64,000 nt of DNA from an uncultured Polaribacter sp. Lineage in GTDB: Bacteria; Bacteroidota; Bacteroidia; Flavobacteriales; Flavobacteriaceae. The notes under the pieces were generated by a model that saw nothing but the letters and a program-made list of their open reading frames with translations, searched no databases and was not told the DNA's origin. Below are positions 1-9,395 of the stretch, piece by piece; position 1 is the first letter of the stretch, and the number at the start of each line of letters is the position of its first letter. The stretch spans positions 11,021-75,020 of the forward strand of contig NZ_CANMVP010000024.1 of NCBI RefSeq assembly GCF_947501385.1, read 5' to 3'. A program made the position numbers and the translations under genes.

Positions 1-2
1 TA

Positions 3-764
3 AAAAGTGAAGATACTTTTTTAGTAGGTTATGTACTCTTTGACAAATTAGATGGCTTTGCAGAAGTAAGTGTTGTTGAAAACGCACAAGCACTGATTCA
101 AGGAAAAATAGACAATGGCGAATTAATTGTACCAAAAGGAATCAATTACAAGTTTACAGGAACCTACGAAAACCAATTAAGGGCAGAAAAAACATTGTCT
201 GTTGTTGTGCCATTGGCTTTAGCAATTATCTTTTTAATTCTGTATTTCCAATTTCGCTCGGTAGCCACGTCTTTAATGGTATTTACAGGAATCGCCGTAG
301 CCTTTGCTGGTGGTTTTATAATGATCTGGTTGTATGGTCAAGATTGGTTTTTGAACTTTAACTTCTTTGGCGAAAACCTTCGAAACTTGTTCCAAATGCA
401 CCCAATTAATTTGAGTGTGGCAGTTTGGGTTGGGTTTATTGCTCTTTTCGGAATTGCAACAGACGATGGTGTGGTAATGGCAACCTATCTAACCCAAACG
501 TTTGATAGAAACATGCCAGAAAACAAGAAAGAAATTAGAGCATCGATTGTTGAAGCTGGGGAAAAACGTATTAGGCCCTGTTTAATGACAACAGCTACTA
601 CCATATTGGCATTGCTACCCATATTAACCTCCACAGGACGCGGAAGTGACATTATGATTCCGATGGCAATCCCTAGTTTTGGTGGAATGTTAATCGCATT
701 AATTACTTTATTTGTGGTTCCTGTATTGTATAGTTGGAAAGCAGAGATGGCGGTTAGAAGTTAG
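3..764 (+). CDS. cusA: CusA/CzcA-family heavy-metal RND efflux permease, C-terminal part (5' end outside window)
   Basis: Frame is open from base 3. Motifs GFIALFGIATDDGV and RIRPCLMTTATTILALLP, plus MAIPSFGG, are typical of the last TM segments of HME-RND pumps. Confidence 0.92.
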   Translation, partial: KSEDTFLVGYVLFDKLDGFAEVSVVENAQALIQGKIDNGELIVPKGINYKFTGTYENQLRAEKTLSVVVPLALAIIFLILYFQFRSVATSLMVFTGIAVAFAGGFIMIWLYGQDWFLNFNFFGENLRNLFQMHPINLSVAVWVGFIALFGIATDDGVVMATYLTQTFDRNMPENKKEIRASIVEAGEKRIRPCLMTTATTILALLPILTSTGRGSDIMIPMAIPSFGGMLIALITLFVVPVLYSWKAEMAVRS

Positions 765-801
765 ATGTTAGAAATTGGAAGTTGGAAGTTGGAAGTTTAA
801 A
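753..801 (+). repeat. Tandem heptamer array (RTTRGAA consensus, 6-7 units)
   Basis: gttagaa gttagat gttagaa attggaa gttggaa gttggaa gtttaaa; the second unit supplies the cusA stop codon. Confidence 0.9.
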
Positions 802-810
802 AGAAAAATT

Positions 811-1176
811 ATGATAAAATCATATAAAGATTTAACAGTACATAAAGAGGCTTTCTCTTTAGCTATGGATATTTTCTGGCGCACCAGAAAATTCCCAGAG
901 GAAGAAGTGTATTCGCTCACTTCACAAATTGTGCGTTCATCACGCTTTGTTTCTGCTAACATGAGTGAAGGTTGGGAAAAACGGATGTATGAAGCTGTTT
1001 TTAAACAGCAACTTGTTACTGCATTAGGCTCTAATTCAGAAACTCAAGATTGGTTAGATTATGCACTGGAATGCAAATATATAGATAAGAAAGAGTATGT
1101 GGATTTTTCTAAAAAAAATGACAAAATAGGAAAAATGCTGACCAAATTATATCAAAATTGGAAAAGTTATGAGTAG
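811..1176 (+). CDS. Four-helix-bundle protein (23S rRNA intervening-sequence protein / bAvd-like family)
   Basis: SYKDLTVHKEAFSLAMDIF...FPEEEVYSLTSQIVRSSRFVSANMSEG...ETQDWLD pattern. Start moved to ATG 811 because the upstream extension is the repeat array. Confidence 0.88.
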   Translation: MIKSYKDLTVHKEAFSLAMDIFWRTRKFPEEEVYSLTSQIVRSSRFVSANMSEGWEKRMYEAVFKQQLVTALGSNSETQDWLDYALECKYIDKKEYVDFSKKNDKIGKMLTKLYQNWKSYE

Positions 1177-2476
1177 TTTTAATCAAGTAAAGTATGTAAA
1201 TATTTCAATAATATTTAAGAAGCAAAAGTGGTCGGGGATGTTCAATCTTCCAGCTTCTAGCTTCCAATTTCTATTGACCTTCATCATTTTGATTGCTGCA
1301 ACTTCTACAGTTTCCCAAAACCTAAATGATTATATAGAAACATCTATAAAAAACAGTCCAGAAATTCAAAAATTCGAATTACAATATAAGAGAGCTTTTG
1401 AAAAAGTAAACGAAGCGAATACGATTCCGAATACCGAATTTGGTGTTGGTTATTTTGTTAGCGAACCCGAAACCCGAACAGGAGCGCAGCGCTTTAAAGT
1501 ATCTGTAAAACAGATGTTGCCTTGGTTTGGTAATATTACTGCTAGAGAAAACTATATCGCTTCATTGGCTGATGCTACATATGAAGACATCGTAATTGCG
1601 AAACGAAAATTAATGGCTTCTCTATCGCAATCGTACTATAATCTATATGCTAATAAAGCAAAACAAGAGGTTTTAATTGACAATATTCAACTACTTGAAA
1701 CTTATGAAACATTGGCATTAACCTCGCTGGAAGTGGGAAAAGCATCAGCGGTTGATGTATTGCGATTGCAAATGCGTCAGAATGAACTAGAACAGTTAAA
1801 ACAAGTTTTAATACAGCAGTATTTGGCAGAACAAACCAACTTTAATAAATTATTAAATCGCGATAAAGATTTACAAGTTGCTGTTGTTAGAGAGTTAACA
1901 ATTCCTTCAGAAGACTTTGAAATTAATACTAAAAACCTAGCATTGCACCCTGAATTACTGAAGTACGACAAACTGTATCAATCTGTAACACAATCTGAAT
2001 TGTTGAATCAAAAAGAAAGCAGTCCGATGATTGGTTTTGGATTAGATTACATCAATGTTGCACAGCGACCAAATATGGATTTTAGCGACAACGGAAAAGA
2101 TATTGTAATGCCAATGGTTTCTCTTTCCATTCCTATTTTTAATAACAAATACAAATCTCAAACAAAACAAAATAAATTGCAACAAGAAGAGATTGAAGCA
2201 CAGAAACAAGAACGTTTCAACACACTAGAGACACGTCTTTACAAAGCAATAAACGATCGAATTTCTGCAAGAATAAGTTACAAAATTCAAACTAAAAATT
2301 TAAAGCAAGCTGAAAACGCGGAGGAAATCTTACTAAAAAGTTATGAAACAGGAACCATTGATTTTAATGATGTCTTAGATATTCAAGAGTTACAATTAAA
2401 GTTTCAAATGAATCAAATTGAGGCAGTAAAATCTTACTATGTACAAACTTTAAGAATTAACTATTTAACCAATTAG
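1169..2476 (+). CDS. TolC-family outer membrane efflux protein (CusC-like)
   Basis: Helical OEP repeats, SLSIPIFN and YETGTIDFNDVLD motifs, position within the RND cluster. The true start may be ATG 1238. Confidence 0.88.
   Translation: MSSFNQVKYVNISIIFKKQKWSGMFNLPASSFQFLLTFIILIAATSTVSQNLNDYIETSIKNSPEIQKFELQYKRAFEKVNEANTIPNTEFGVGYFVSEPETRTGAQRFKVSVKQMLPWFGNITARENYIASLADATYEDIVIAKRKLMASLSQSYYNLYANKAKQEVLIDNIQLLETYETLALTSLEVGKASAVDVLRLQMRQNELEQLKQVLIQQYLAEQTNFNKLLNRDKDLQVAVVRELTIPSEDFEINTKNLALHPELLKYDKLYQSVTQSELLNQKESSPMIGFGLDYINVAQRPNMDFSDNGKDIVMPMVSLSIPIFNNKYKSQTKQNKLQQEEIEAQKQERFNTLETRLYKAINDRISARISYKIQTKNLKQAENAEEILLKSYETGTIDFNDVLDIQELQLKFQMNQIEAVKSYYVQTLRINYLTN
1241..1275 (-). repeat. Inverted copy of the heptamer array, inside the tolC 5' coding region
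   Basis: ttcaatc ttccagc ttctagc ttccaat ttctatt are reverse complements of RYTRGAA-like units. Confidence 0.8.
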
Positions 2477-2478
2477 CT

Positions 2479-3036
2479 ATGGTAAATACATTACTTATCA
2501 AAAATATGGTTTGCAATCGTTGTACTACAATTGTTAAACAGTTATTTAATAACGAAGGGATTGAAGTTCAAACTATTCAACTAGGAAAGGTTGAAATTAA
2601 AGAAGATTCTAACATAGATATAATAAAGCTCGAAAAATCTTTAAATGCACAAGGATTTGAATTAATTACTAATTCATCTGATGTATTGGTCGAAAGAATT
2701 AAAATATTTTTAATTCAAGAAATTGAGAAAGGCAACACAAACAATTTATTTCCAAAACTAGCTAAAAATTTAGGAAAAACAGATTCAGTATTAAGTAAGC
2801 TTTTTAGTAAATATGAAGGTGTCACTCTTGAAAAATATTGTATCAATTTAAAAATTGAAAAAGTAAAAGAACAGATTGAGTTAAATCAATTGAATTTTTC
2901 AGAAATAGCGTATAGTCTTAATTATAAGAACAGTAGTCATTTGGCAAAACAGTTTAAAATTGTTACAGGAATGTCAATGACCCAATACAAGAACTCCCAA
3001 GATGGGAATAGAATACCCTTAGATAAAATTGTATAA
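2479..3036 (+). CDS. AraC-family regulator with N-terminal HMA-like metal-binding domain
   Basis: N-terminal IKNMVCNRC (MxCxxC) and C-terminal SEIAYSLNYKNSSHLAKQFKIVTGMS AraC HTH. Confidence 0.85.
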   Translation: MVNTLLIKNMVCNRCTTIVKQLFNNEGIEVQTIQLGKVEIKEDSNIDIIKLEKSLNAQGFELITNSSDVLVERIKIFLIQEIEKGNTNNLFPKLAKNLGKTDSVLSKLFSKYEGVTLEKYCINLKIEKVKEQIELNQLNFSEIAYSLNYKNSSHLAKQFKIVTGMSMTQYKNSQDGNRIPLDKIV

Positions 3037-3111
3037 AAATTGAACCCAATTAGAAAAACAAATTTTATGAAGCTAATGTAATTTAGTGGGTTGATATTAA
3101 AATTTATAAAA

Positions 3112-5637
3112 ATGAAACACACCTTTCACATACACGGAATGACTTGCAATGGCTGTCGCAGTCATGTAGAAAAAACGCTATCAGAAGTAGCAGGGGTTTC
3201 TAAATCGTCTGTCAATTTAGAAAAAGCAACAGCAACCATTGAAATGGAATCCCATATTCCTATTGAAACCTTTCAAGAAGCTTTAAAAAATGATGGTGGA
3301 CGATATAGTATTCACAAAAATCCCCACCCAGCCTCCCCAAAGAGGAGAAGTCAGGATGTTAAAAAACATACGAGTAAGAAAAGCCCCCTTGGGGGGTTGG
3401 GGGCTTCTTTCTATTGCCCAATGCATTGTGAAGGCGAAAAAACCTACGATAAAGCTGGGGACTGCCCAGTTTGTGGAATGGATTTAGTGGAAGAACAAAA
3501 CCTATCGACCACTACTGTAGAACAATGGACCTGCCCAATGCATCCGGAAGTTATAAAAGATGAATCTGGATCTTGTCCTATTTGCGGTATGGATTTAGTA
3601 CCTATGGAAGCAGATAGTTCTGCCGAAGAAAAAACCTATAAAAAATTATCGAAAAAATTTTGGATAGCCGTTGCTTTCACTTTGCCTATTTTCATAATAG
3701 CTATGAGTGAAATGATTTCCAATAACCCATTATACGATCTCCTAGAACAAAAACAGTGGAACTGGATTCAGTTTGTATTGTCTATTCCTGTGGTATTTTA
3801 TGCCACTTGGATGTTTTTCGAACGTGCTTATAAAAGCATCAAAACATGGAATCTAAATATGTTTACCTTGATAGGGATTGGTGCAGGAGTTGCTTGGTTG
3901 TTTAGTGTTTTCGGAATGCTTTTCCCTGATGTTTTCCCAATTCAATTTAAAACTGAAACTGGTGCTGTACATGTTTATTTTGAAGCAGCAACCGTTATTC
4001 TAACGCTTGTTTTAATGGGGCAACTTTTAGAAGCACGTGCACATAGTAAAACAAATTCTGCTGTAAAAGAGTTATTAAAACTGGCACCTAACAAAGCTAT
4101 CAAAGTAGTTAACGGTGAAGAAATTGAAGTGAGTATTGACGCTATAGAGTTGAACGACATTCTAAAAGTAAAACCAGGTGATAAAATTCCTGTAGACGGT
4201 AGTATCACAGAAGGTGAAACCACCATCGATGAATCTATGATTACTGGAGAACCTATTCCTGTAAATAAAGCAGTAGATGATAAAGTAAGTAGTGGCACCA
4301 TCAATGGAAATCAATCTTTCTTAATGAAAGCTGAAAAAGTAGGTTCAGATACACTACTTTCTCAAATTATTCACATGGTAAATGATGCAAGTAGAAGTCG
4401 CGCACCCATTCAGAAATTAGCAGACGAAGTATCAGGTTATTTTGTACCAGTTGTGGTTTTAATTTCTATCATAACATTTATTGTTTGGGCAATTTGGGGG
4501 CCAGAACCCGCTTATGTATATGCGTTGGTAAATGCTATTGCAGTGTTAATTATTGCCTGTCCTTGTGCATTAGGCTTGGCAACACCAATGTCTGTAATGG
4601 TAGGTGTTGGTAAAGGAGCACAAAATGGTGTATTGATCAAAAACGCCGAAGCACTTGAAAAAATGAACAAGGTAGATACCTTAATTATTGATAAAACTGG
4701 TACCATTACTGAAGGAAAACCAACTGTTGAAAAGGTAGGTTCTTTCAATGCTCTTTTTAATGAAAGTACCATATTGCAATACATCGTATCACTAAATACA
4801 AATAGTGAACATCCATTAGCAGAGGCGACTGTAAAGTATGGAAAAGAACAAAATGCAGAAATTATAAAATCTGATTCTTTTTCAGCAGTTACAGGTAAAG
4901 GTGTAGAAGCTACAATTCACAACAAAGAAATAGCCTTAGGAAACCCTAAAATGATGGAATATGCAAATGCGAAGATTTCTTCAGAAATGGAAGAAACAGC
5001 ATTGTCTTTTCAAAAACAAGGCAAAACTGTCTCTTTTTTAGCCATTGACAAATCTGTTGTTGGTTATGTCGTAATCGGTGATAAAATTAAAGAAACAAGT
5101 GCAAAAGCCATCAAAGAATTGCAAGACAGAGGCATTGCAGTAATCATGTTAACTGGCGATAATAAAAACACAGCACAAGCAGTAGCATCAGCACTAAACC
5201 TTGCTGATTTTAAAGCGAGCATGTTACCTCAAGACAAGCTTAAAGAAGTAGAAAAACTGCAAGCAAAAGGAAATGTAGTCGCCATGGCTGGAGACGGAAT
5301 AAATGATGCACCAGCATTAGCAAAAAGTGATATTGGTATTGCCATGGGAACAGGAACTGATGTTGCCATAGAAAGTGCTATGATTACCTTAGTAAAAGGT
5401 GATTTACACGGTATTGTAAAGGCGCATAATTTGAGTAAAAAAGTAATGAAAAATATCAAGCAAAACCTGTTTTTTGCATTGATTTATAACACCCTTGGCG
5501 TTCCAATAGCAGCTGGCTTACTATTTCCTTTTTTCGGAATTTTACTATCACCGATGATTGCTGCATTAGCAATGAGTTTTAGCTCAGTCTCTGTGATTGC
5601 CAATGCATTACGATTAAGAACACAATCTATTAACTAA
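3112..5637 (+). CDS. copA: Copper-type P1B ATPase with an HMA domain and two CPMH...CPxCGM metal-binding domains
   Basis: GMTCNGC, TGEP, CPCALGLA, DKTGT, SEHPLA, GDGINDAP and YN...MSFSS motifs. Confidence 0.95.
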   Translation: MKHTFHIHGMTCNGCRSHVEKTLSEVAGVSKSSVNLEKATATIEMESHIPIETFQEALKNDGGRYSIHKNPHPASPKRRSQDVKKHTSKKSPLGGLGASFYCPMHCEGEKTYDKAGDCPVCGMDLVEEQNLSTTTVEQWTCPMHPEVIKDESGSCPICGMDLVPMEADSSAEEKTYKKLSKKFWIAVAFTLPIFIIAMSEMISNNPLYDLLEQKQWNWIQFVLSIPVVFYATWMFFERAYKSIKTWNLNMFTLIGIGAGVAWLFSVFGMLFPDVFPIQFKTETGAVHVYFEAATVILTLVLMGQLLEARAHSKTNSAVKELLKLAPNKAIKVVNGEEIEVSIDAIELNDILKVKPGDKIPVDGSITEGETTIDESMITGEPIPVNKAVDDKVSSGTINGNQSFLMKAEKVGSDTLLSQIIHMVNDASRSRAPIQKLADEVSGYFVPVVVLISIITFIVWAIWGPEPAYVYALVNAIAVLIIACPCALGLATPMSVMVGVGKGAQNGVLIKNAEALEKMNKVDTLIIDKTGTITEGKPTVEKVGSFNALFNESTILQYIVSLNTNSEHPLAEATVKYGKEQNAEIIKSDSFSAVTGKGVEATIHNKEIALGNPKMMEYANAKISSEMEETALSFQKQGKTVSFLAIDKSVVGYVVIGDKIKETSAKAIKELQDRGIAVIMLTGDNKNTAQAVASALNLADFKASMLPQDKLKEVEKLQAKGNVVAMAGDGINDAPALAKSDIGIAMGTGTDVAIESAMITLVKGDLHGIVKAHNLSKKVMKNIKQNLFFALIYNTLGVPIAAGLLFPFFGILLSPMIAALAMSFSSVSVIANALRLRTQSIN
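3319..3406. repeat. GC-rich palindromic element in frame within the copA linker
   Basis: C-rich left arm (aatccccacccagcctccccaaagaggag) and G-rich right arm; aagccccc (3381-3388) and gggggctt (3399-3406) form a perfect inverted repeat. Confidence 0.75.
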
Positions 5638-5650
5638 TCAATAAAAACAA

Positions 5651-6238
5651 ATGAAACAAAGCATATTATTTTTATGTATTCTCATTTTAATGTCTTGCAA
5701 AGACGCTAAAAAAGAAGTTCAAGACAAAACACAACAAACAGAAATTGAACAAAAAACAACAAGCCCAATAACAGGTAAAAAGAAGCCCTTAAGTCCACAT
5801 TCCTCAACCATGGCTATGATTGGTGATGCACATATTCATATCGATTATTCGTCACCAGGTGTAAGAGATCGTATCATTTTTGGTGGATTGGTTGGCTATA
5901 GCAAGGTATGGCAAGCTGGAGCGCATAATGCTACTTGGATAGAAACCAACAAAGAGCTAACTATTGCGGGAGAAGTATTACCCGCTGGGAAATATGGTTT
6001 TTTTACCATCCCATCAAAAGAAGATTGGACGGTGATGATAAACAAAAATTGGGAACAACACGGTAAAGATGAATATGATGAAAAAGACGATGTGATTCGC
6101 TTTAAAGTTACCCCCAAAATTTCAGAAAATATTCAAGAACATTTAGCTTATAAAGTAACTAAAACTAGTGAAAATTCAGGTACCATAAGTATGACTTGGG
6201 AAAAAGTACATATTGAATTTCCGTTTACTGTAAATTAA
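5651..6238 (+). CDS. DUF2911-domain lipoprotein
   Basis: Lipobox LILMSC; LSP...IDYSSPGVRDRIIFGGLV...WQAGAHNAT...GKYGFFTIP pattern. Confidence 0.8.
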   Translation: MKQSILFLCILILMSCKDAKKEVQDKTQQTEIEQKTTSPITGKKKPLSPHSSTMAMIGDAHIHIDYSSPGVRDRIIFGGLVGYSKVWQAGAHNATWIETNKELTIAGEVLPAGKYGFFTIPSKEDWTVMINKNWEQHGKDEYDEKDDVIRFKVTPKISENIQEHLAYKVTKTSENSGTISMTWEKVHIEFPFTVN

Positions 6239-6277
6239 TTAAAAAAAAATAATATTAACTCGAGAACAATCAAAATT

Positions 6278-6763
6278 ATGAATGCAAAAGAACACACAAA
6301 CAACAAAGAAGGAATGAGCAATTACACAAAATTCTTTTTAATGCTAGGCACATCCTTTATAGCGATGTACATTACCATGTATTTAAATACCTATGCCTTT
6401 GATCATGTCTACTTTAGTTTAACACGATTTTATATGGTATGCTTAGGTATTTCAGCTATGGCGGTAATTATGTTACTATTTATGTTGAATATGTACCAAG
6501 ATAAAAAGAAAAACATAGCTATATTAATAGGCAGCTTTGTACTTTTTATAGCTGCTTTAGGTTTAGTACGTGATCAGAAATCTACAGTAGGAGATGTTTT
6601 ATGGATGGAAGCAATGATTCCGCACCACTCTATCGCCATTTTAACTAGTGAACGTGCAGATATCAAAGACCCAGAAGTTAAAAAACTAGCAAACGATATC
6701 ATTAAAGCACAACGTAAAGAAATTGAAGAAATGAAAGCAATGATCAAGCGTTTAGAAAATTAA
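6278..6763 (+). CDS. DUF305-domain membrane protein (ferritin-like, copper-associated)
   Basis: Three TM helices followed by WMEAMIPHHSIAIL...LANDIIKAQRKEIEEM. Confidence 0.8.
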   Translation: MNAKEHTNNKEGMSNYTKFFLMLGTSFIAMYITMYLNTYAFDHVYFSLTRFYMVCLGISAMAVIMLLFMLNMYQDKKKNIAILIGSFVLFIAALGLVRDQKSTVGDVLWMEAMIPHHSIAILTSERADIKDPEVKKLANDIIKAQRKEIEEMKAMIKRLEN

Positions 6764-6770
6764 AAGTAGT

Positions 6771-6924
6771 TTTTGGGCGCTCGAGCGGGCCTGCCTGACG
6801 GTAAGGTAGGCTGTTACAATCTTTTGCTCGTACCTCACAAAAGGATTTTCACTACTATCCCTAGCGCAAAAGTACAAGTTAACCTGCAAGGTATCGCTGA
6901 CGAAAAAAGTTGCCTTGTAAGTTT
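6771..6924. repeat. Mosaic of nested palindromic repeats between the DUF305 and CusB genes
   Basis: Hairpins cctgcc..ggtagg (6790-6810) and aatcttttg..caaaaggatt (6818-6848), and the inverted pair aacctgcaagg / ccttgtaagtt (6881-6923). Confidence 0.65.
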
Positions 6925-6942
6925 CAAATAAAATTAAGTAAG

Positions 6943-8715
6943 ATGAAAAAATATATTATTTTTGCAGTACTATTAGCTGTCGGACTATTCTTTGGATGGA
7001 TGATTTTTGGAGGTTCTTCTACAAGTGATGATGAACATAGCCATACTGAAATTTCTAAAACAAATCAAATGTGGACCTGCTCTATGCATCCTCAGATTAT
7101 GCAACCAGAACCTGGTGATTGCCCTATTTGTGGAATGGACTTAATACCAGCAGCAAGCAGTGCTGAAGGCTTATTAGCAGATCAATTCAAGCTTAGTAAA
7201 AATGCGATGGCATTGGCAAACATTCAAACATCTATTATCGGGAATGGTCAAATAGCAAATAACGCTATTAAATTATCTGGTAAAATTGTAGAAAATGAAG
7301 AAGCCAATACAGTTCAAGTCAGTTATTTTTCTGGAAGAATCGAACGTCTTTATATTAATTTTACAGGTGAAAAAGTAAGAAAAGGACAAGTATTGGCAAC
7401 CGTTTATTCGCCAGAGTTATATGCTGCTCAACAAGAATTAATTACAGCAGCTTCTTTAAAAGAATCGCAACCTGCACTATACAAAGCAATTCGTAATAAA
7501 TTAAAATTATGGAAGCTCTCTGAAAATCAAATCAATCAGATCGAAACATCAGGAAAAGTAAAAGAAAACTTCCCTATATATGCAACAGTTTCAGGTACCG
7601 TTTCAGAAAAATTAGTAGCACAAGGCCAAGCTATCAAACAAGGGCAACCCTTGCTTAAAATTGCAAATCTAAATACGGTTTGGGCAAATTTCGACGTGTA
7701 TGAAAATCAAATCAACTTATTTAAAAAAGGACAAGAAGTAACGGTCACAACAAACGCATATCCGAATACAAAATTTGAAGGAACGGTAGATTTTATTGAC
7801 CCAATATTAGACAGCAGCACAAGAACCGTAAAATTAAGAGTTGTATTGAATAATAAAAATGATACTTTTAAACCAGGAATGTTTGTTGAAGGTAAAATTA
7901 AAGGAATCTCTTCAAGTAAAGAGCAATTCTTAAGCGTTCCTTCATCAGCGGTTTTATGGACAGGGAAACGTTCTGTTGTATACATCAAAACAAATTCTAC
8001 ACAACCTACTTTTGAAATGCGCGAAATTACCTTAGGCAATCAAATTGGCGACTATTATGAAGTTTTAGAAGGTCTAAATAATGGCGCTGAAATTGTAACC
8101 AATGGAACTTTCACGGTAGATGCCGCAGCACAATTACAAGGTAAGAAATCGATGATGAACAAAGAGGGTGGTAAAGTTATGACGGGGCACGAAGGTCATT
8201 TAGGTATGGAAACAAAATCACCAAATGCCAATGAAAATAACTTAAAAACCAATAAAAGAATTGAAGTATCGAGCGATTTTCAAAATCAATTGAAATTAGT
8301 TTTTAATGAGTATATCCAATTAAAAGATGCTCTGGTAAAAGATGACTCCGTAAAAGGAATAACAGCAGCAAAAAAACTCTTGAATACTTTATCTAAAGTT
8401 GATATGAAGTTGTTATCTGATGATAAAGCACACAACCATTGGATGCCATTCGAAAAAGGAATAAAAACAGCAGCAACAGCCATTTCAAATACTTCAGCTA
8501 TAGCTACACAAAGAGATCATTTTAAAAATCTTTCCTCCAATTTTATTGAAACACTTCAAGTATTCGGAATCAATGAAACAGTTTTTGTAGAATTTTGTCC
8601 AATGGCAGATAATAACAAAGGCGCGTATTGGTTGAGTAAAGAAGAAAAGGTAATCAACCCCTATTATGGTGAAGCTATGCTTACCTGTGGAGAAGTAAAA
8701 CAAGTCATAAAATAA
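6943..8715 (+). CDS. CusB-like RND periplasmic adaptor with N-terminal heavy-metal-binding domain and C-terminal DUF3347-like domain
   Basis: WTCSMHPQI...CPICGMDL, MFP core (YSPELYAAQQE, FKPGMFV), C-terminal FCPMA...WLS...NPYYGEAMLTCG. Start set at ATG 6943. Confidence 0.88.
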   Translation: MKKYIIFAVLLAVGLFFGWMIFGGSSTSDDEHSHTEISKTNQMWTCSMHPQIMQPEPGDCPICGMDLIPAASSAEGLLADQFKLSKNAMALANIQTSIIGNGQIANNAIKLSGKIVENEEANTVQVSYFSGRIERLYINFTGEKVRKGQVLATVYSPELYAAQQELITAASLKESQPALYKAIRNKLKLWKLSENQINQIETSGKVKENFPIYATVSGTVSEKLVAQGQAIKQGQPLLKIANLNTVWANFDVYENQINLFKKGQEVTVTTNAYPNTKFEGTVDFIDPILDSSTRTVKLRVVLNNKNDTFKPGMFVEGKIKGISSSKEQFLSVPSSAVLWTGKRSVVYIKTNSTQPTFEMREITLGNQIGDYYEVLEGLNNGAEIVTNGTFTVDAAAQLQGKKSMMNKEGGKVMTGHEGHLGMETKSPNANENNLKTNKRIEVSSDFQNQLKLVFNEYIQLKDALVKDDSVKGITAAKKLLNTLSKVDMKLLSDDKAHNHWMPFEKGIKTAATAISNTSAIATQRDHFKNLSSNFIETLQVFGINETVFVEFCPMADNNKGAYWLSKEEKVINPYYGEAMLTCGEVKQVIK

Positions 8716-8876
8716 TCACTAAATTGGTAAACCATTTTGGATTTGAACTCCATAGTTTGAACAAGAAAATAATTTTTTTTAGAGAATTGCATGTCAGAAA
8801 TAACAACATGCTCTTAACACTTATAGAAATTAAAACGGAATTACAAAATTTTTAACCTTTAACTAAATCATAAAAA

Positions 8877-9287
8877 ATGAAGAAAATAATTTTAAGTATC
8901 GCTGTCATCGTAGCGGCAACTTTTACAAGCTGTAAAAACGAAACAAAAAAAGAAAAAGAATCTACAACTGAAGTATCTAAAAAAATGGAGATAACAGATA
9001 CTTCTTTTGGTGTAAGAGGTAACTGTGGAATGTGTAAAAATACCATCGAAAAAGCTGCAAATACTGTTGAAGGAGTCACCAATGCAACTTGGGATGTTGA
9101 TCAAAAGAACATCGCTATTTCTTATGATGCTCATAAAACAAATGCCATGGAAATTCATACAGCAATTGCGGCATCTGGCTATGATACCGAAAAAGTTGCA
9201 GGAAATGAGGAAGCCTATAAAAACTTACCTGCTTGTTGTAAATATGATCATGAAATGATGATGAATCAGTCTGGAGAAATGAACTAA
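8877..9287 (+). CDS. HMA-domain lipoprotein (copper chaperone-like)
   Basis: Lipobox TFTSC; GNCGMCK metal-binding motif; C-terminal LPACCKY. Confidence 0.85.
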   Translation: MKKIILSIAVIVAATFTSCKNETKKEKESTTEVSKKMEITDTSFGVRGNCGMCKNTIEKAANTVEGVTNATWDVDQKNIAISYDAHKTNAMEIHTAIAASGYDTEKVAGNEEAYKNLPACCKYDHEMMMNQSGEMN

Positions 9288-9355
9288 AGTGAATGTATAT
9301 GTTATCATTTACAATTTCTAATTGAGAAAAAGTCAACACAAATAACTAAAAAAGT

Positions 9356-9394
9356 AAAAACTCCTAGCAAATTAAATTTTGTTAGGAGTTTTTT
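9356..9394. terminator. Bidirectional intrinsic terminator
   Basis: aaaaactcctagcaaa / tttgttaggagttttt stem with A and T tracts, between the convergent HMA gene and tRNA. Confidence 0.8.
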
Positions 9395-9395
9395 G

